Part shown: one piece after another, positions 63,313-64,000 of the stretch
Layout of the letters: each line of letters starts with the position of its first letter
Position numbering within the stretch: position 1 is the stretch's first letter
Source of the DNA: an uncultured delta proteobacterium
GTDB taxonomy: Bacteria > Desulfobacterota > Desulfobacteria > Desulfobacterales > JAHEIW01
Length of the DNA: 64,000 nucleotides
Assembly: GCA_963706575.1 (NCBI GenBank)
Contig: CAVPNL010000003.1
Span: forward strand, 480,001 to 544,000
Direction: 5' to 3'
Made by a program: the position numbers and the translations under genes
Notes under the pieces: generated by a model
Told to the model about the DNA's origin: nothing
Databases searched by the model: none
Seen by the model: only the letters and a program-made list of their open reading frames with translations

Positions 63313-64000
63313 ATGAAATCAAAGCACCAGGGCTCAGATCTCAAGCCTGCGCCTCCTGAACTGATTAATTCTATACCGAAGCAAGCCCATAAAGGTGCCA
63401 GCCGGTATGTTGTCGGAGAGATCACAAGATTTGATCAGAAAAATGACATGTTTAAGCGGCCCCGATGGGATCCGGAAGTTGCGTTCGGACAAAAGTACTA
63501 TGGTATGATTATGCCCAAAGATGACAAGGCCGGCTATACCCTGCTTGAAATGGCCTTCAAAAATGCATCCTGGTGGGTGGAACTGGCTTTTGCCCAGAGT
63601 GTACTGGGCGGCAAGATGGGGCTGCTGGAATGGGATGCCAAGCTGTGGGGCGACAGCCGACCGCCTGAAGGCCTAAAATGGAATGTCGATGATCCGGTTA
63701 AAATGACAAAGATCGTTAAGAAAGTAGCTGGTTTTTTTGGAGCGGGTTCGGTGGGCGTTTGTGAACTCGATCGGCGCTGGATCTATTCCCACTCTTATCA
63801 TTTAAGAACCATGGAGCATCAGCCGGTGGAGATTCCTGAAGAATGCAAGTATGCGATTGTGACCACCGTGGAGATGGATTACGAAGCATACAAGGGTTCG
63901 CCGAATTATATCCAGGGGGCGGCCACAGGATTGGGTTATTCCGAAGAAGCCATCACCGCCGGGCTGGTCGCCCAGTTCATTCGCGGCCTCGGCTATAAAG
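63313..64000 (+). CDS. Second reductive dehalogenase-like paralog, truncated by the window end
   Basis: Manual translation after RBS aggag: ...YVVGEITRFDQKNDMFKRPRWDPEV...GAGSVGVCELDRRWIYSH...VEMDYE...AATGLGYS...FIRGLGYK; collinear with copy 1. Confidence 0.85.
   Translation, partial: MKSKHQGSDLKPAPPELINSIPKQAHKGASRYVVGEITRFDQKNDMFKRPRWDPEVAFGQKYYGMIMPKDDKAGYTLLEMAFKNASWWVELAFAQSVLGGKMGLLEWDAKLWGDSRPPEGLKWNVDDPVKMTKIVKKVAGFFGAGSVGVCELDRRWIYSHSYHLRTMEHQPVEIPEECKYAIVTTVEMDYEAYKGSPNYIQGAATGLGYSEEAITAGLVAQFIRGLGYK

Overview
A mostly core-chromosome window, most consistent with a Desulfobacterales-like member of Desulfobacterota (inferred from gene content and protein sequences). Housekeeping content: HD hydrolase, sdhCAB/frdCAB, mscS, hybrid kinase, murI, recR-ybaB-dnaX, two tRNA-Ser, dciA, hflKC, a small bS22/AURKAIP1-type gene missed by the ORF track, groES/EL, purQ/purSL, rseP-dxr-cdsA-uppS-frr-pyrH-tsf-rpsB, prmC-prfA-rpmE-rho, a CCA/poly(A) polymerase-family gene, adk, rpsU, folC and tRNA-Arg. 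Main points of interest: (1) three tandem type IVa minor-pilin/PilY1 cassettes over ~19 kb with apparently different control: one has a sigma70-like promoter plus a c-di-GMP-I riboswitch with an overlapping terminator, and two have paralogous sigma54-like promoters; (2) two tandem, TAT-less reductive dehalogenase-like genes downstream of tRNA-Arg, behind a perfect 18-bp operator-like palindrome; (3) six related rod-shaped palindromic elements with a conserved core but exchanged stems, one carrying a nested 5x48-bp array whose hairpin shows a compensatory base-pair change; (4) several families of palindromic short-period repeats filling intergenic spacers. Seven single-base indels split or fuse genes (two pilY1, pilW, CCA enzyme, rpsU-folC) and are more likely sequencing errors than biology. 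All calls are by eye; no database searches were run.
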